DNA of 64,000 nucleotides from the human T2T-CHM13v2.0 reference genome, Homo sapiens: NCBI GenBank assembly GCA_009914755.4, contig CP086569.2, positions 16,320,001 to 16,384,000 of the forward strand, read 5' to 3'. Shown piece by piece: positions 18,663 to 29,400 of this stretch (position 1 is its first letter; each line of letters starts with the position of its first letter). The notes under the pieces were generated by a model. It saw only the letters and a program-made list of their open reading frames with translations, ran no database searches and was not told where the DNA came from. The position numbers and the translations under genes were made by a program.

Positions 18663-18990
18663 AAAAACATACAGCCTACAGGCCACAGAGCTCAGGTAAA
18701 GTGGAGTGCATGAACCAGACACTCAAACAGCTGCTGAAGAAATTTTGTCAAAAGACTCGTCAAAAGTAGGATCAGATCTTGCCCATGGTCCTCCTCCAAG
18801 TCAGGTGCACCCCCATCAAACAAACTTGGTATTCGTCCTATGAGATTTTTTTCAGCCAGTCACCTGCCATCATAAATCAGATTAAAGGTAATCTCTGTAA
18901 ACTAGGAGAACTAACTTTAAAAAGTCACATGCAGGCTTTAAATATGGCCATGGAAAAGATGCATGGATAAGTATTGAAAAGAATGTCTAA
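18663..18990 (+). pseudogene. ERV integrase continuation (between the L1 and the second insertion)
   Basis: Frame containing ...LPMVLLQVRCTPIKQTWYSSYEIFFSQSPAIINQIKGNLCKLGELTLKSHMQALNMAMEKMH matches gamma-retroviral IN (..GLTPYEILYGAPPPLVNF..). Reading through both TSD copies restores a continuous IN frame (..TIKNKVVKTYSLQATE..). Confidence 0.7.
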
Positions 18991-18992
18991 GG

Positions 18993-19048
18993 CTGGGCGC
19001 AATGGCTCACACCTGTAATGCCAACACTTTGGGGGGCCAAGGCAGTGC
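18993..19048 (+). mobile_element. Short Alu 5' fragment at the left edge of the HERV9-like insert
   Basis: ggctgggcgcaatggctcacacctgtaatgccaacactttggggggccaaggcag. Confidence 0.75.
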
Positions 19049-19049
19049 C

Positions 19050-20000
19050 CCTACCACTAGTGAATGCCTTCTCATCCCCTCTTTCAATCACTCTATCAAA
19101 TGGTTCCTATTGGATACAAATTTTTTTTTTCTCCAGTGGGAAGATAGAACACAGGGAGCCACTCAGTTTGCTCCCAACACCCCTTTCCAGCCACTCACTG
19201 GAGTTACCTTAGCAAGTACTCTAGGATTATGGGAAAATGAAAACAACAAACTCACATACCTTTTTAACATACATAACCAGTTCTGTCTACCCAGCCAAGG
19301 CATATTCTTCTTATGTGGAATGTTGACCTATATCTGCCTCCCCACTAACTGGACAGGCACCAGCACCTTAATCTTTCTAAGTCCTAACATTAACATTGCC
19401 CCAGGAAATCAGACCTTATCAGTACCCCTCAAAGCTCAAGTCCATCAGCGCAGAGCCATACAACTAATACCCCTACTTACAGGGTTAGGAATGGCTACTG
19501 CTACAAGAACCGGAATAGCTAGTCTATCAACTTCATTATCCTACTACCACACATTCTCAAAGGATTTCTCAGACAGTTTGCAAGAAATAACGAAATCTAT
19601 TCTTACTTTACAATCCCAAACAGACTCTTTGGCAGCAGTGACTCTCCAAAATTTCTGAGGCCTAGACCTCCTCACTGCTGAGAAAGGAGGGCTCTGCACC
19701 TTCTTAGGGGAAGAGTGTTGTTTTTGCACTAAGAGTTGGGGATAGTATGAGATGCTGACCAGCATTTACAGGAAAAGGATTCTGAAATCAGACAACGCCT
19801 TTCAAATTCTTATACCAACCTCTGGAGTTGGGCAACATGGCTTCTCCCCTTTCTAGGTTCTGTGGCAGCCATCTTACTGTTACTCACCCTTGGGCCCTGT
19901 ATTTTTAACCTTCTTGTCAAATTTGTTTCCTCTAGAATCAAGGCCATCAAGCTACAGATGGTCTTACAAATGGAACCCCAAATGATTTCAACTAACAACT
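19050..20000 (+). pseudogene. 3' half of a HERV9/HERV-W-type (syncytin-like) env: SU C-terminus, degenerate furin site, TM with fusion peptide, immunosuppressive domain and CX6CC, membrane anchor
   Basis: ORF 19002-19658: ..LPSQGIFFLCGMLTYICLPTNWTGT...VHQRRAIQLIPLLTGLGMATATRTGIASL...[39 protein letters not shown]. Compare syncytin-1 ..[40 protein letters not shown]; TGA replaces the conserved R codon. Downstream frame WATWLLPFLGSVAAILLLLTLGPCIFNLLVKFVSSRIKAIKLQM..EPQM matches syncytin-1 WMPWILPFLGPLAAIILLLLFGPCIFNLLVNFVSSRIEAVKLQMEPKM. Confidence 0.75.
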
Positions 20001-20094
20001 TCTACTGAGGACCCCTGGACCAACCCACTGGCACTTCACCTGGCCTGGAGAGTTCCCCTCTGAAGGACACCACAACTGCAGGGCCCATTCTTCA

Positions 20095-21057
20095 CCCCTA
20101 TCCAGCAGGAAGTAGCTAGAGCGGTCATCGGCCAAATTCCCAACAGCAATTGGGGTGTCCTGTTTAGAGGGGGGATTGAGAGGTGATAGCATGCTGGCAG
20201 TCCTCAGGGCCCTCGCTTGCTCTTGGCACCTCCTCTGCCTGGGCTCCCACTTTGGTGGCACTTGAGGAGCCCTTCAGCCTGCTGCTGCACTGTGGGAGCC
20301 CCTTTCTGGGCTGGCCAAGTCTGGAGCCCACTCCCTCAGCTTGCAGGGAAGTGTGCAGGGAGAGGCATGAGTGGGAACTGGGGCTGCCTGTGGCGCTTGC
20401 AGGCCAGCTGGAGTTCTGGGTGGGTGTGGGCTTGGCAGGCCCCACACTTGGAGAGGCCAGCCAGCCCTGCTGGCCCCGGGCAGTGAGGGGCTTAGCACCT
20501 GGGCCAGCGGCTGCGGAGGGTGTACTGGGTCCCCCAGCAGTGCCAGCCCACTGGCGCTGTGCTCGATTTCTCACTGTGTCTTAGTTGCCTTCCCATGGGG
20601 CCGGCCTTGGGACTGCAGCCAGCCATGCCTGAGACTTCCCCCGCCTCCATGCATTCCTGTGCAGCCCAAGCCTCCCTGATGAATGCCACCCCCTGCTCCA
20701 CGGTGCCCAGTCCCATCGACCACCCAAGAGCTGAGGAGTGCAAGAGCATGGTGTGGGACTGGTGAAGCCAGCTGGGCTCCTTAGTCTGGTGGGGATGTGG
20801 AGAGTCTTTCTATCTAGCTCAACAACTCCAGACACACCACCTTAAGAGCTGTAACACTCACCGCGAAGGTCTGCAGCTTCACTCCTGAGCCAGCGAGACC
20901 ACGAACCCACCAGAAGGAAGAAACTCTGAACACATCTGAACATCAGAAGGGACAAACTCCAGATGTGCCACCTTAAGAGCTGTAACACTCACCACGAGGG
21001 TCCGCGGCTTCATTCTTGAAGTCAGTGAGACCAAGAACCCACCAATTCTGGACACAC
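20095..21057 (+). repeat. LTR12-like (HERV9-type) LTR, internally deleted, directly following the syncytin-like env
   Basis: gtagctagagcggtcatcggccaaattcccaacagcaattggggtgtcctgtttagaggggggattgagaggtga... then GC-rich U3 repeats (ggccagcggctgcggagggtgtactgggtcccccagcagtgccagcccactggcgctgtgctcgatttctc). Two tandem ~120-bp U5-type units contain gagctgtaacactcaccgcgaaggtctgcagcttcactcctgagccagcgagaccacgaacccaccag (20822-20935, 20950-21057). Family call is from memory of the LTR12 consensus. Confidence 0.6.
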
Positions 21058-21059
21058 AA

Positions 21060-21200
21060 CCACCCTAGGACCCATATAGGAGAGGCCCATTTTGTGATGT
21101 CTACTCCCACTGCTCTTAAAGTTGCAGGTGTCACACCTTGGATGCACCATAGTTGGCTGAAACCAGTGGCAGCAGTGACTCCTGATGATGACCAGTGGAT
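21060..21200 (+). pseudogene. ERV integrase C-terminal end (resumes after the HERV9-like insert)
   Basis: ..HFVMSTPTALKVAGVTPWMHHSWLKPVAA.. versus MLV IN C-terminus ..[30 protein letters not shown]. Confidence 0.7.
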
Positions 21201-21469
21201 TAGCCAACAAGACCCAGATCACCCCACCCCAATAGTCCTACAGCAAAACCCAACCACCAGTAAGAAGGACAACTGCCCTGCTCTAACCACACCAGAGGGT
21301 GGTCAGTCTACGCATGGCTGAAGCTTGAGGATCCTGCAAGCTCTGCTCTAGTCACATCCCAGAAGCTAACTAGTCTACGTACAGATGAAGCTAAAAGGAC
21401 CATCTCTGGATAAGTAAATGTAAATACAATTTATAAGTGTAATTATAATTCTGTCAATACTGATTGTTC

Positions 21470-23560
21470 TGTTGTTATTACTGCAAATGCTGCAAACGTC
21501 TATGCCCAGAGGAAGGTTTGTCATGCCCATGTGTAGCGTAAGAATATTTCTATTACATATACTAATGTTCTTACCATTTCTGCCTATACTAAAAAAGGAG
21601 AAATCTCTAGAAGGATGCCCACACTGTGTACATACTACCTGGGTAAGGAATATCACAGTTAAAACTGTACTGTACCATACCTACTATGAACGTACAGGAA
21701 CAAAGTTAGGAACCTGCACATACAACCAAACCACCTATTCAGTCTGTGACCCAGAAAGTAATCAGCTATATGCATGGTATGACCCTAAGCACTTACCCTG
21801 TGAATTCTGGATTGGGGTACATATTAAATCAGAGAGATAAAAAGAAAGAGAGCATATAGCTCAAAACAAAGAAGGCCCTCCATCCTATAAAAGATCTACT
21901 TCCTTGCACTTTGATGCCTGCCATGCCAAATATGTTCATAATCATAAAAAGCCAGAAGCAGTCTGCAATGGTTTAACACAAGAGAGGCTTAGCAAAAGCA
22001 GCCCTAAACATCTGTACTGAGAACCACAAATAGGATGCCCAGACTGTAACATTCAGTGTTCTGTGCTGACACAGCTCCAACATTTATATTCAGGAACGAC
22101 TACTCTGCTAAGTAGTATGTCAACCAAACCAAATTGTAAGACAAGGACATGCAATCCTTTAAATTTTACTGTCTTAAAGCCAGAGCTACCTTTTTGGTCT
22201 ACAGGACAGACAGCACTATTACGAGTTGATAGACAAGCAGCAGGCCTTGGAGTTCCATTACTGATTGTCAAAAAGACTAGAAGGACTCAAATGCATCCAA
22301 ACCTGCAATTCCAGGTTGATAAGTCATTCTATAAGCAGTTTGATCAGTCAGTGCCTGAGCTTCCCCCATCAACCAAAAACTTATTTGCTCAAAGTGAAAA
22401 CAAAACTGACAGCTTAAGAATTTCGTCATGCTATGTATGTGGACGAACTAATATGGGGGACCAGTGGCCATAGGAGGCAAAATAATTAATGCCACAAGAC
22501 AACTTCACTTCGCCTAACCTTGCCAGAGAACCAACAGCCTCAGCTAGTGTTTGGTTGTTAAAAACCTCCGTAATGGGAAAATACCATATTGCCCATTGGG
22601 GAAAGGCTTTCACAGAGGCAGTAGGAAAAACCAACCTGCCTAAGGCAACAGTATTATAATGAGACTAAAAACAAAACTGTATGAAGAAATGCCCAGAACA
22701 ACTCCTACTTAGCAGATCCAAACCCTTTCTCTTGGTTCTCTACTCTAAGCCACTCTTGGCATCAGCTAGAGTCTCCAAATGCTTGGAAAGCACCCTCTGG
22801 CCTATCTTGGGTCTGTGGAGCATGGGCATATTGGCAACTGCTGGCTAAATGGACAGGGGCCTGTGTGTTAGAAACAATCAAGCAATCCCTCTTTCTAATT
22901 CCTCTAAAGCAAGGGGAACTCTTAGGGTATCCAGTTTATGATGAAAAATAATAGAAGAAACATAATCACAAAAATAGACACAAATATCAAAAAGATGTGG
23001 ATAGAGAAGACTGGAAAGAGAATAAATGACTCCTGAAAAAAATATTAAATACTATGGGCCAGCTACCTGGTTGCAAGACGGGTCATGGGGTTACCGCAGC
23101 CCAATCTATATGCTGAACTGCATCATAAGTTTGCAGGCAGTCCTTGAAATTATAACCAATAAAACATCAAGGGCACTAAATTTGTTGGCAGTACAAGCAA
23201 GACAAATGAGAAATGCTATACATCAAAATAGATTAGCTTTAGATTATTAACTCTTAGCCCTAGAGGAAGGAGTATGTCGCAAATTTAATTTAACCAACTG
23301 TTGCCTAGAGATCAGTAATAATGGCCGAGCTGTCATGAAAATCACAGCTAGAATGCACAAGCTGGCCCATGTCCCTGTTCAGACTTGGTCCGGATGGTCC
23401 CCAGATTTCTTGTTTGGAGGATGGTTCTCAATCATGGGAGGATTCAAAACCCTCATTGGTGGGTTTTTGTTTATTCTTGTCATCTGCCTCATCCTCCCTT
23501 GCCTTTTACCCCTGCTTATTAGGAGTAATCAGTCCACTATAGAGGCAATAGTAACCTGAC
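21470..23560 (+). pseudogene. ERV3 (HERV-R)-like env gene with signal peptide, SU and TM, interrupted by stops and frameshifts
   Basis: ORF pieces: 21472-21840 ..LEGCPHCVHTTWVRNITVKTVLYHTYYERTGTKLGTCTYNQTTYSVCDPESNQLYAWYDPK (ERV3-1 Env: GCLHCTHTTW..KTLLYHTYYE..GTCLGTCTHNQTTYSVCDP). 22063-22473 ..SSCYVCGRTNMGDQWP* (ERV3: ASCYVCGGMNMGDQWPWE). 23026-23250 [66 protein letters not shown]. 23335-23559 ..[66 protein letters not shown] (TM anchor; ERV3: KLAHIPVQTWKG..). Comparison is to recalled ERV3-1 Env. Confidence 0.75.
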
Positions 23561-23676
23561 ACACTACCAAGCAATTGATGGCATCAAACAAATATCAGTC
23601 ATTGCCTGTAGAATAAGAAGCTCAGCTCCATGAAGAGGTGGCAAACAGTGGTGCTTTCAATTAACACCTTTGTTAT

Positions 23677-23696
23677 AAAAAGCACCAAAGGGGGGA
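23677..23696 (+). promoter_or_regulatory. Polypurine tract (plus-strand primer) immediately 5' of the 3' LTR
   Basis: aaaagcaccaaaggggggaa followed by tggaacagg (LTR start). Confidence 0.7.
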
Positions 23697-23697
23697 A

Positions 23698-24355
23698 TGG
23701 AACAGGAATTAAAAGAAATTAAAGAATGTGTAAGCAGAAACTCACTTGTATGTAAGAAAATTCAGTTCCCCTTGAGAAAAAGAAAGAGCTGGAGTCCTTT
23801 AAAAATTAACTGTCTGTTTTTCTGTGGCTAGTGAGCCTTATCTCTCCCTTTCCCAGGCATTGTGAAGACCTTGTTGCTCTAGCTGAGCAACTGGAAGGTC
23901 ACTAGACAGATAAACTCAAGTCATAAACCATGTTTATCCTTGAAAAGTAAGAAATGATGTAATGCATGTCTCAATTAATTGAATAACCATCTTTGTTTCT
24001 CGCTTCTGTAATGCTTCCCTCTGCACAGATCTCCCCCAGCCCCACAAAATGCTTAAAGGTAACTTAACTCTTTGTTCAGGCTTAACTCTTTGTTCATCCA
24101 TTGATTAACATCACTGGATGTTAATCAGACTGGGCCAGTGTACCTAATAATTTATTATTTATTATTATTATTAATTATTATATTATTATATTATTTATTA
24201 TTAATATAATTTATTATTTTTAGTGTAGCTAAATAATAAACTAAATGAATAATAACTAACTAACTAACTAAATAATTTATTATTTAGTGTACCTAAATAA
24301 TAAATAACCTCCTGAACCCCATTGGTCTCTCTGATTCCTTATCAATCCTGCTACA
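23698..24355 (+). repeat. 3' LTR of the ERV3-like provirus (~658 bp), carrying a ~170 bp AT-rich microsatellite expansion absent from the 5' LTR
   Basis: Homologous to 9493-9976 (tggaacaggaatt...gagaaaaagaaagagctggagtcctttaaaaattaactgtctgtttttctgtggctagtgagcc... cctgaaccccattggtctctctgattcc). 24140-24300 is (ATTATT)n/(TAACTAAC)n/(AATAAT)n. Confidence 0.8.
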
Positions 24356-25974
24356 CTGTCACTGTTCAAAGATGAGTGTACATTGATGGCCACCTATGTC
24401 AGTTTTCTTGATGGGTTGACAGCACCAACAGTTTTGTTTGGTTTAAATGGGAAATCATGGTTGTTTCCATTAATGCTGTCAACCTAAGTGGTGTGCAGTG
24501 TTTCAGTTTCCTGAAACTCAACATGTTCAAATGCCTAAAATGGAACTTATCCCTATTCTGAGGCCTCACGGCTTCCTCTAATCTCAACTTCTGGACAAGT
24601 CACTGCTATTCACCTGCCTTCTCCCTCCCATCCCTCTATGCCTAGCTGTCAGCTGAACGGCCTCTGAATCAACCTCTTCTCTTCCTTTCATTCCAACCCC
24701 ACAGGTCCTTGTAGTCAGTTGAAGGGTGGCTCCCAAAAATACATGTCCATGTCCTAATGCCCAGGGCCTGAGAATTGTACCATATTTGAAAAAAAGACCT
24801 TGCAGATGTGATTAAATGAAGGATCTGGAGATGGGCAGTCTGTATCATCCTGGTGGGCCCAACATCCAATGGCAGGGGTCCTTATTTAGAGGAGACAAAA
24901 GGAGAGAAGAGAAGGCCATGTGGAGCTGAGATAAAGTAATTTCCTGTTGTTTTAGGCCCCCCAGTTTGTAGGATACTCATGCAGTTCTTCTATCATTCAC
25001 CTAGACAATAGCAACAGTGTTCAGTCTCCAGTGTCTAAGCCCCAACAGTCCACATCTTCAGAAGCACCCTTCTAGAAATCATGTGCTCACCAGGCTCTAT
25101 GATGGGTACGAGATAAAATCTGAATTCCTTAGCCTGGCACAAGGCTCGCTGTCCTCTGGCCTTGGCAGGCATGTCGACCTATGCTCCACCTCTCACCAAG
25201 TCCTTTTGTCCTGAAATACCCTTAGCCCTTCCTCCTCCACCTCACTGACTCCCCAACCCTACTGATGGCTCATTTGGGATTCATGTGCTCTGCTGTGAAG
25301 CATGTCCAACTGGCCAACTTCCTTTTCCTGGCTCCCAAGGAAATCGAGTCATCTCTAGCAGATGAATGATGATAATGTAGAAGAACAGATCATGTCCAGC
25401 TCCCCCTGTACAAGTTACAGGACACCAGCCTGCAGTCCCCTGAAGAAGAGGGATGATGATGTATTCATTTGACTCAGTTGTCTCAGTATCTGGCAGTTGG
25501 TGGACTTGCTGTGAAGTCAGTCAGGTTCATGAATTGAAGGAAAACCTTGAACATCTCAACCTCTCCTCCAGAGCCCTCATAGATCCACCTTATGCTTTTC
25601 TTAAATTCTTTTTGAACTTAAAATTCTCTCCCCAAATTCTCCACAGCAGAAAGTGCCACCTGCCTTCAGCCATCTGAATGGAGCCACCTAAATGCTGGGA
25701 ATATTAAGCCATTTATTTTAACTACATCTAGTGCTTTGCTAACTGTATTGCTAAATGACTTGAGGTGGGCAACTTTAAAGGCTTTTATCAGGCTGCTGTC
25801 AGCACAGCAAGGTCAGCATAACTGATTTAACAAGAGGAGGACTGAGATAAGGCTAGAGCTTCTGATGAGGCTCCCATGAGTGGAGGAATACCAGGTTCTT
25901 TGTCTCGAGTCAAATTAGAAAAAATGACATGGACATATGTGGAGCAGTTTTAAGAAGCTGAGAGTTTATGTGCC

Positions 25975-26440
25975 ACATTTTCTTAATCCAGTCTATCACT
26001 GATGGACATTTGGGTTGGTTCCAAGTCTTTGCTATTGTGAATATACACCACGGAACACTATGTGGCCATAAAAAATGATGAGTTCATGTCCTTTGTAGGA
26101 ACATGGATGAAGCTGAAAACCATCATTCTCAGCAAACTATTGCAAGGACAGGAAACCAAACACCGCATGTTCTCACTCATAGGTGGGAATTGAACAATGA
26201 GAACACTTGGACACAAGCAAGGGAACATCACACACTGGGGCCTGTTGTGGGGTGGGGTAGGGGGGAGGGATAGCATTAGGAGATATACCTAATGTGAATG
26301 ACGAGTTAATGGGTGCAGCACACCAACATGGCACATGTATACATATGTAACAAACCTGCACGTTGTGCACATGTACCCTATAACTTAAAGTGTAATAAAA
26401 ATAAATAAATAATAAATAAATAAATAAATAAATAATAAAA
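25975..26440 (+). mobile_element. 5'-truncated young-ish L1PA 3' end (ORF2 C-terminus + 3'UTR + (AAAT)n tail)
   Basis: ...ccatcattctcagcaaactattgcaaggacaggaaaccaaacaccgcatgttctcactcataggtgggaattgaacaatgagaacacttggacac...gagttaatgggtgcagcacaccaacatggcacatgtatacatatgtaacaaacctgcacgttgtgcacatgtaccctataacttaaagtgtaataaaaataaataaat. Confidence 0.9.
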
Positions 26441-29400
26441 AATATAAAAGAAGCTGAGAGTTTACCAGGCAAGAAAAAATGGAAGAAGTCAAAAGGAAGA
26501 CGCTCCCCCGTAAAGAGACAGTGAGAGGGGAGCTCCAAAGCTGAAAGAGGAGACCCTAAGTGGTGTGGAAACCAGCCAGGTATATAAAAAGGCTGGAGGA
26601 GGTAGTGTTTGATTTGGAAGGGTGCAGGGGATTGGTTTGATCAGGCAAGTCAATCACGTAGCCCTCGAAAAAACCGGCCCTCACACCCTAGCCTTTTAAT
26701 ATGCAAATGCAGGGTAGCATGATGTTCTACAGGAGTGGGGATATGTGGGGGCAAAGGCAAGAGGACAATGGTGGGAATCACTGCATTGGGTGGACCCAGT
26801 TTCTAATGGCCAGCATTTGCATATCAAAAGTTGCCTGTGGGTTCTAAGGGCCTGGACTTTCCTCATAGACAAGAAACATTTTTTGGAGCTGTTTTAAAAG
26901 AAATGGAAACTTTTACTCTCTATCTGCCCAAAATAATTTCTTAAAAATTTCTACCACAGTTCCAGAAAGGAACAAGTCATGGAGCCACAACTGGGAATAA
27001 CTCACATATTTGCATTAAGAATGCAGAAGCAATACCCAGGAAAGGGCAACAATGAGAACACACAAAATCCAAGGTCGTTTTGATCCACATGAACAATGCT
27101 TCTCTCAGAAAGTACTTAAGGGCCAGTCTGTTACCAAATTTGTTTGACAAAGGAATCTAGGAAAATACACCAGGAGAAAAAAATCCAAAAACATGCTGGT
27201 GAAGTCTACCCTCTCACCAAAGCTACCTTTATCCAAGTACACCTGGGCCCCAGAACTGCACAATTTCACCCTCATGAGCACCAAAACCCTACAGCCACCA
27301 CTGATCTCCCTTCAGTTAAGCAGCAGAACTGCACGTGGTAAAGGTTCTCAGCAAATATTGCTGTTAGATCAGAAAAAGGCCTGAGAGCCTAAAGCAGGAA
27401 ATGACAGCTGGGATGACACACAAGTGGCTTTGAAATGTTTATAAATAAGGAGGTTTTTTGGAAGGTGTGGGTAGGGATGGCAAGGGGTTGAAGATTGGAA
27501 GATAAATCCTGGCTTCTCTTTTGGGGCTTTTGGGGTTAGCTGCCCGGTGTAGAATTCAGGAAAAGGGCAGATCTGACAGAGAACTAGAAGCCCCATTTAA
27601 AATACAATGCTTCAGAGTGGCCTCTGGGCCAAGTAGGCAGGAAGAGCCTGTGGTCACTGGGAAACATACATTTTAACTAAAAAGAGATGAGACCCAGCCA
27701 GGGAGGTCAAGAGGTCATCAGTGCAGAGGCGTGTGCCGAAACCATGAGCTCGGAAGAGGTCTCCGCAAGAGGAGAGTGCCCACAACAAAACCACAGAGAG
27801 GCCACACAGGCACCAGTAGGAAGAGAAAGTGATGAGGAAGCCGGAAGAGGAATTACCCGAGAAAGATTTCCAAGGAGGATTAGGAAGCAGCAAAGAACCT
27901 GGGACATTTAAGAAAAGAGTACCCTCTGCAACTAACATGCACATCACTGCTACCTACGTCAGAACAATTTTTGTAAGTGTTAAGGCCAAAAATCCAGCTC
28001 ACAGTGAGGCAAGGGAAAACAGGGAGTGAGTTCCGCAAACAGAGCCCACTTTAGCAACAAGCCTGGATGAGAATGAAGGCAGAGAGACAAGCAAGTTTCA
28101 AAACACATCCTTAAAATCAGGACACTCACTAGTCCCAGCCAGCAGAAACAATAAGCATGGCAACGGGTACATGGCATTTATTACTCTATATTATAGTGTG
28201 ATCATATAAAGATGTTAACTTCTTCAGGCTTCTTAACTTCTTCACAGAAGTCCTGTCCACAGAATGCAGCCTCTCAATCATTGATGAGTACAGCCTCTCA
28301 ATCATTGTAGAGACTCTCAATTATTGATGAGATGAATTTAACCACTAGATGTCAGCCAGTGGGTCTTTTAGTATCTACAATTGTACCTGTACCTGTGAGG
28401 GCTGGCACAAGTATGAACAAAGGGTACCAAGACTACCAGTAATTGTAAGTAATAAAGTGCCCAGGAGTAAAAGTTAGAGGTGCTGGATTTTCACTGGGCT
28501 TTTCCAACTATTAATAGCTCCCCAGGTTGGCCTGACTCAATTCTAAATCTCAAATTTGATCACAATTTCAGTTGAAAAGCTTGACATGTAAGAATACCAC
28601 ATCAAAAGCTGATGAATAGTCAGCAAAATGCCAGTACTAAACGCAGGGGTGCAAATCACAAAAAGTAAGCTAGTCTGCTTACAGGTATTGTAATCATAAA
28701 AACCACCATTAATTTAGCACCAACCTAAATAGTAGTCATACAAAAAGAAAAAGCAGATATAAGTATCTACTTACCCAAAGAAATGCTTTATGTTAAGATA
28801 AACAAGGCAAATAAAGAGATGCAGAAAGAAAATAATGCACTTAAGTACTATATAGAAATCAGCAAAATGTTTAGTATTTAATAAAATACATGATTAGTTG
28901 AGGCTAGAACAGAAATGTGTGTAACACTTTGCTGCACTAAAAGTTTCTACAATAATCAAATCATCTTCTTTTTAAAAAGGAAAGGTTAAAAGGTTTCCAA
29001 GCTACTGCAATTGATGTAAATAAGGGAGAGAACACTGTGTATGAACAGGTAACCTCCAGGGCTCTAATGGCAGGGATACAACTGGGTCCAAGAGAAAATA
29101 CATGAGATGTGGGCAGCACTTCCGGAAGTCATTTCATCGCATCACTCAGTTCAAGCTCCGACCTCCAGTTTCCTAAGACCTTAGTAGCCTTAGAGTAAAA
29201 AGGGATGACACAGACCCAGTAGGCAGAAGTCTACTGAGAGATGCAGTGAGAGCCCAGTCACAGGAGCCCCTCGGGATCAGCTATAAGGCTACTTAGGAAC
29301 ATTATCTGTCATGTCTCATCAGCATATGACATAACACACAGGTTCCAGTGGCTACTCTTTGAAGAATTTTAGAAACTTTTATTCCTTTTTTAGGCACGAT

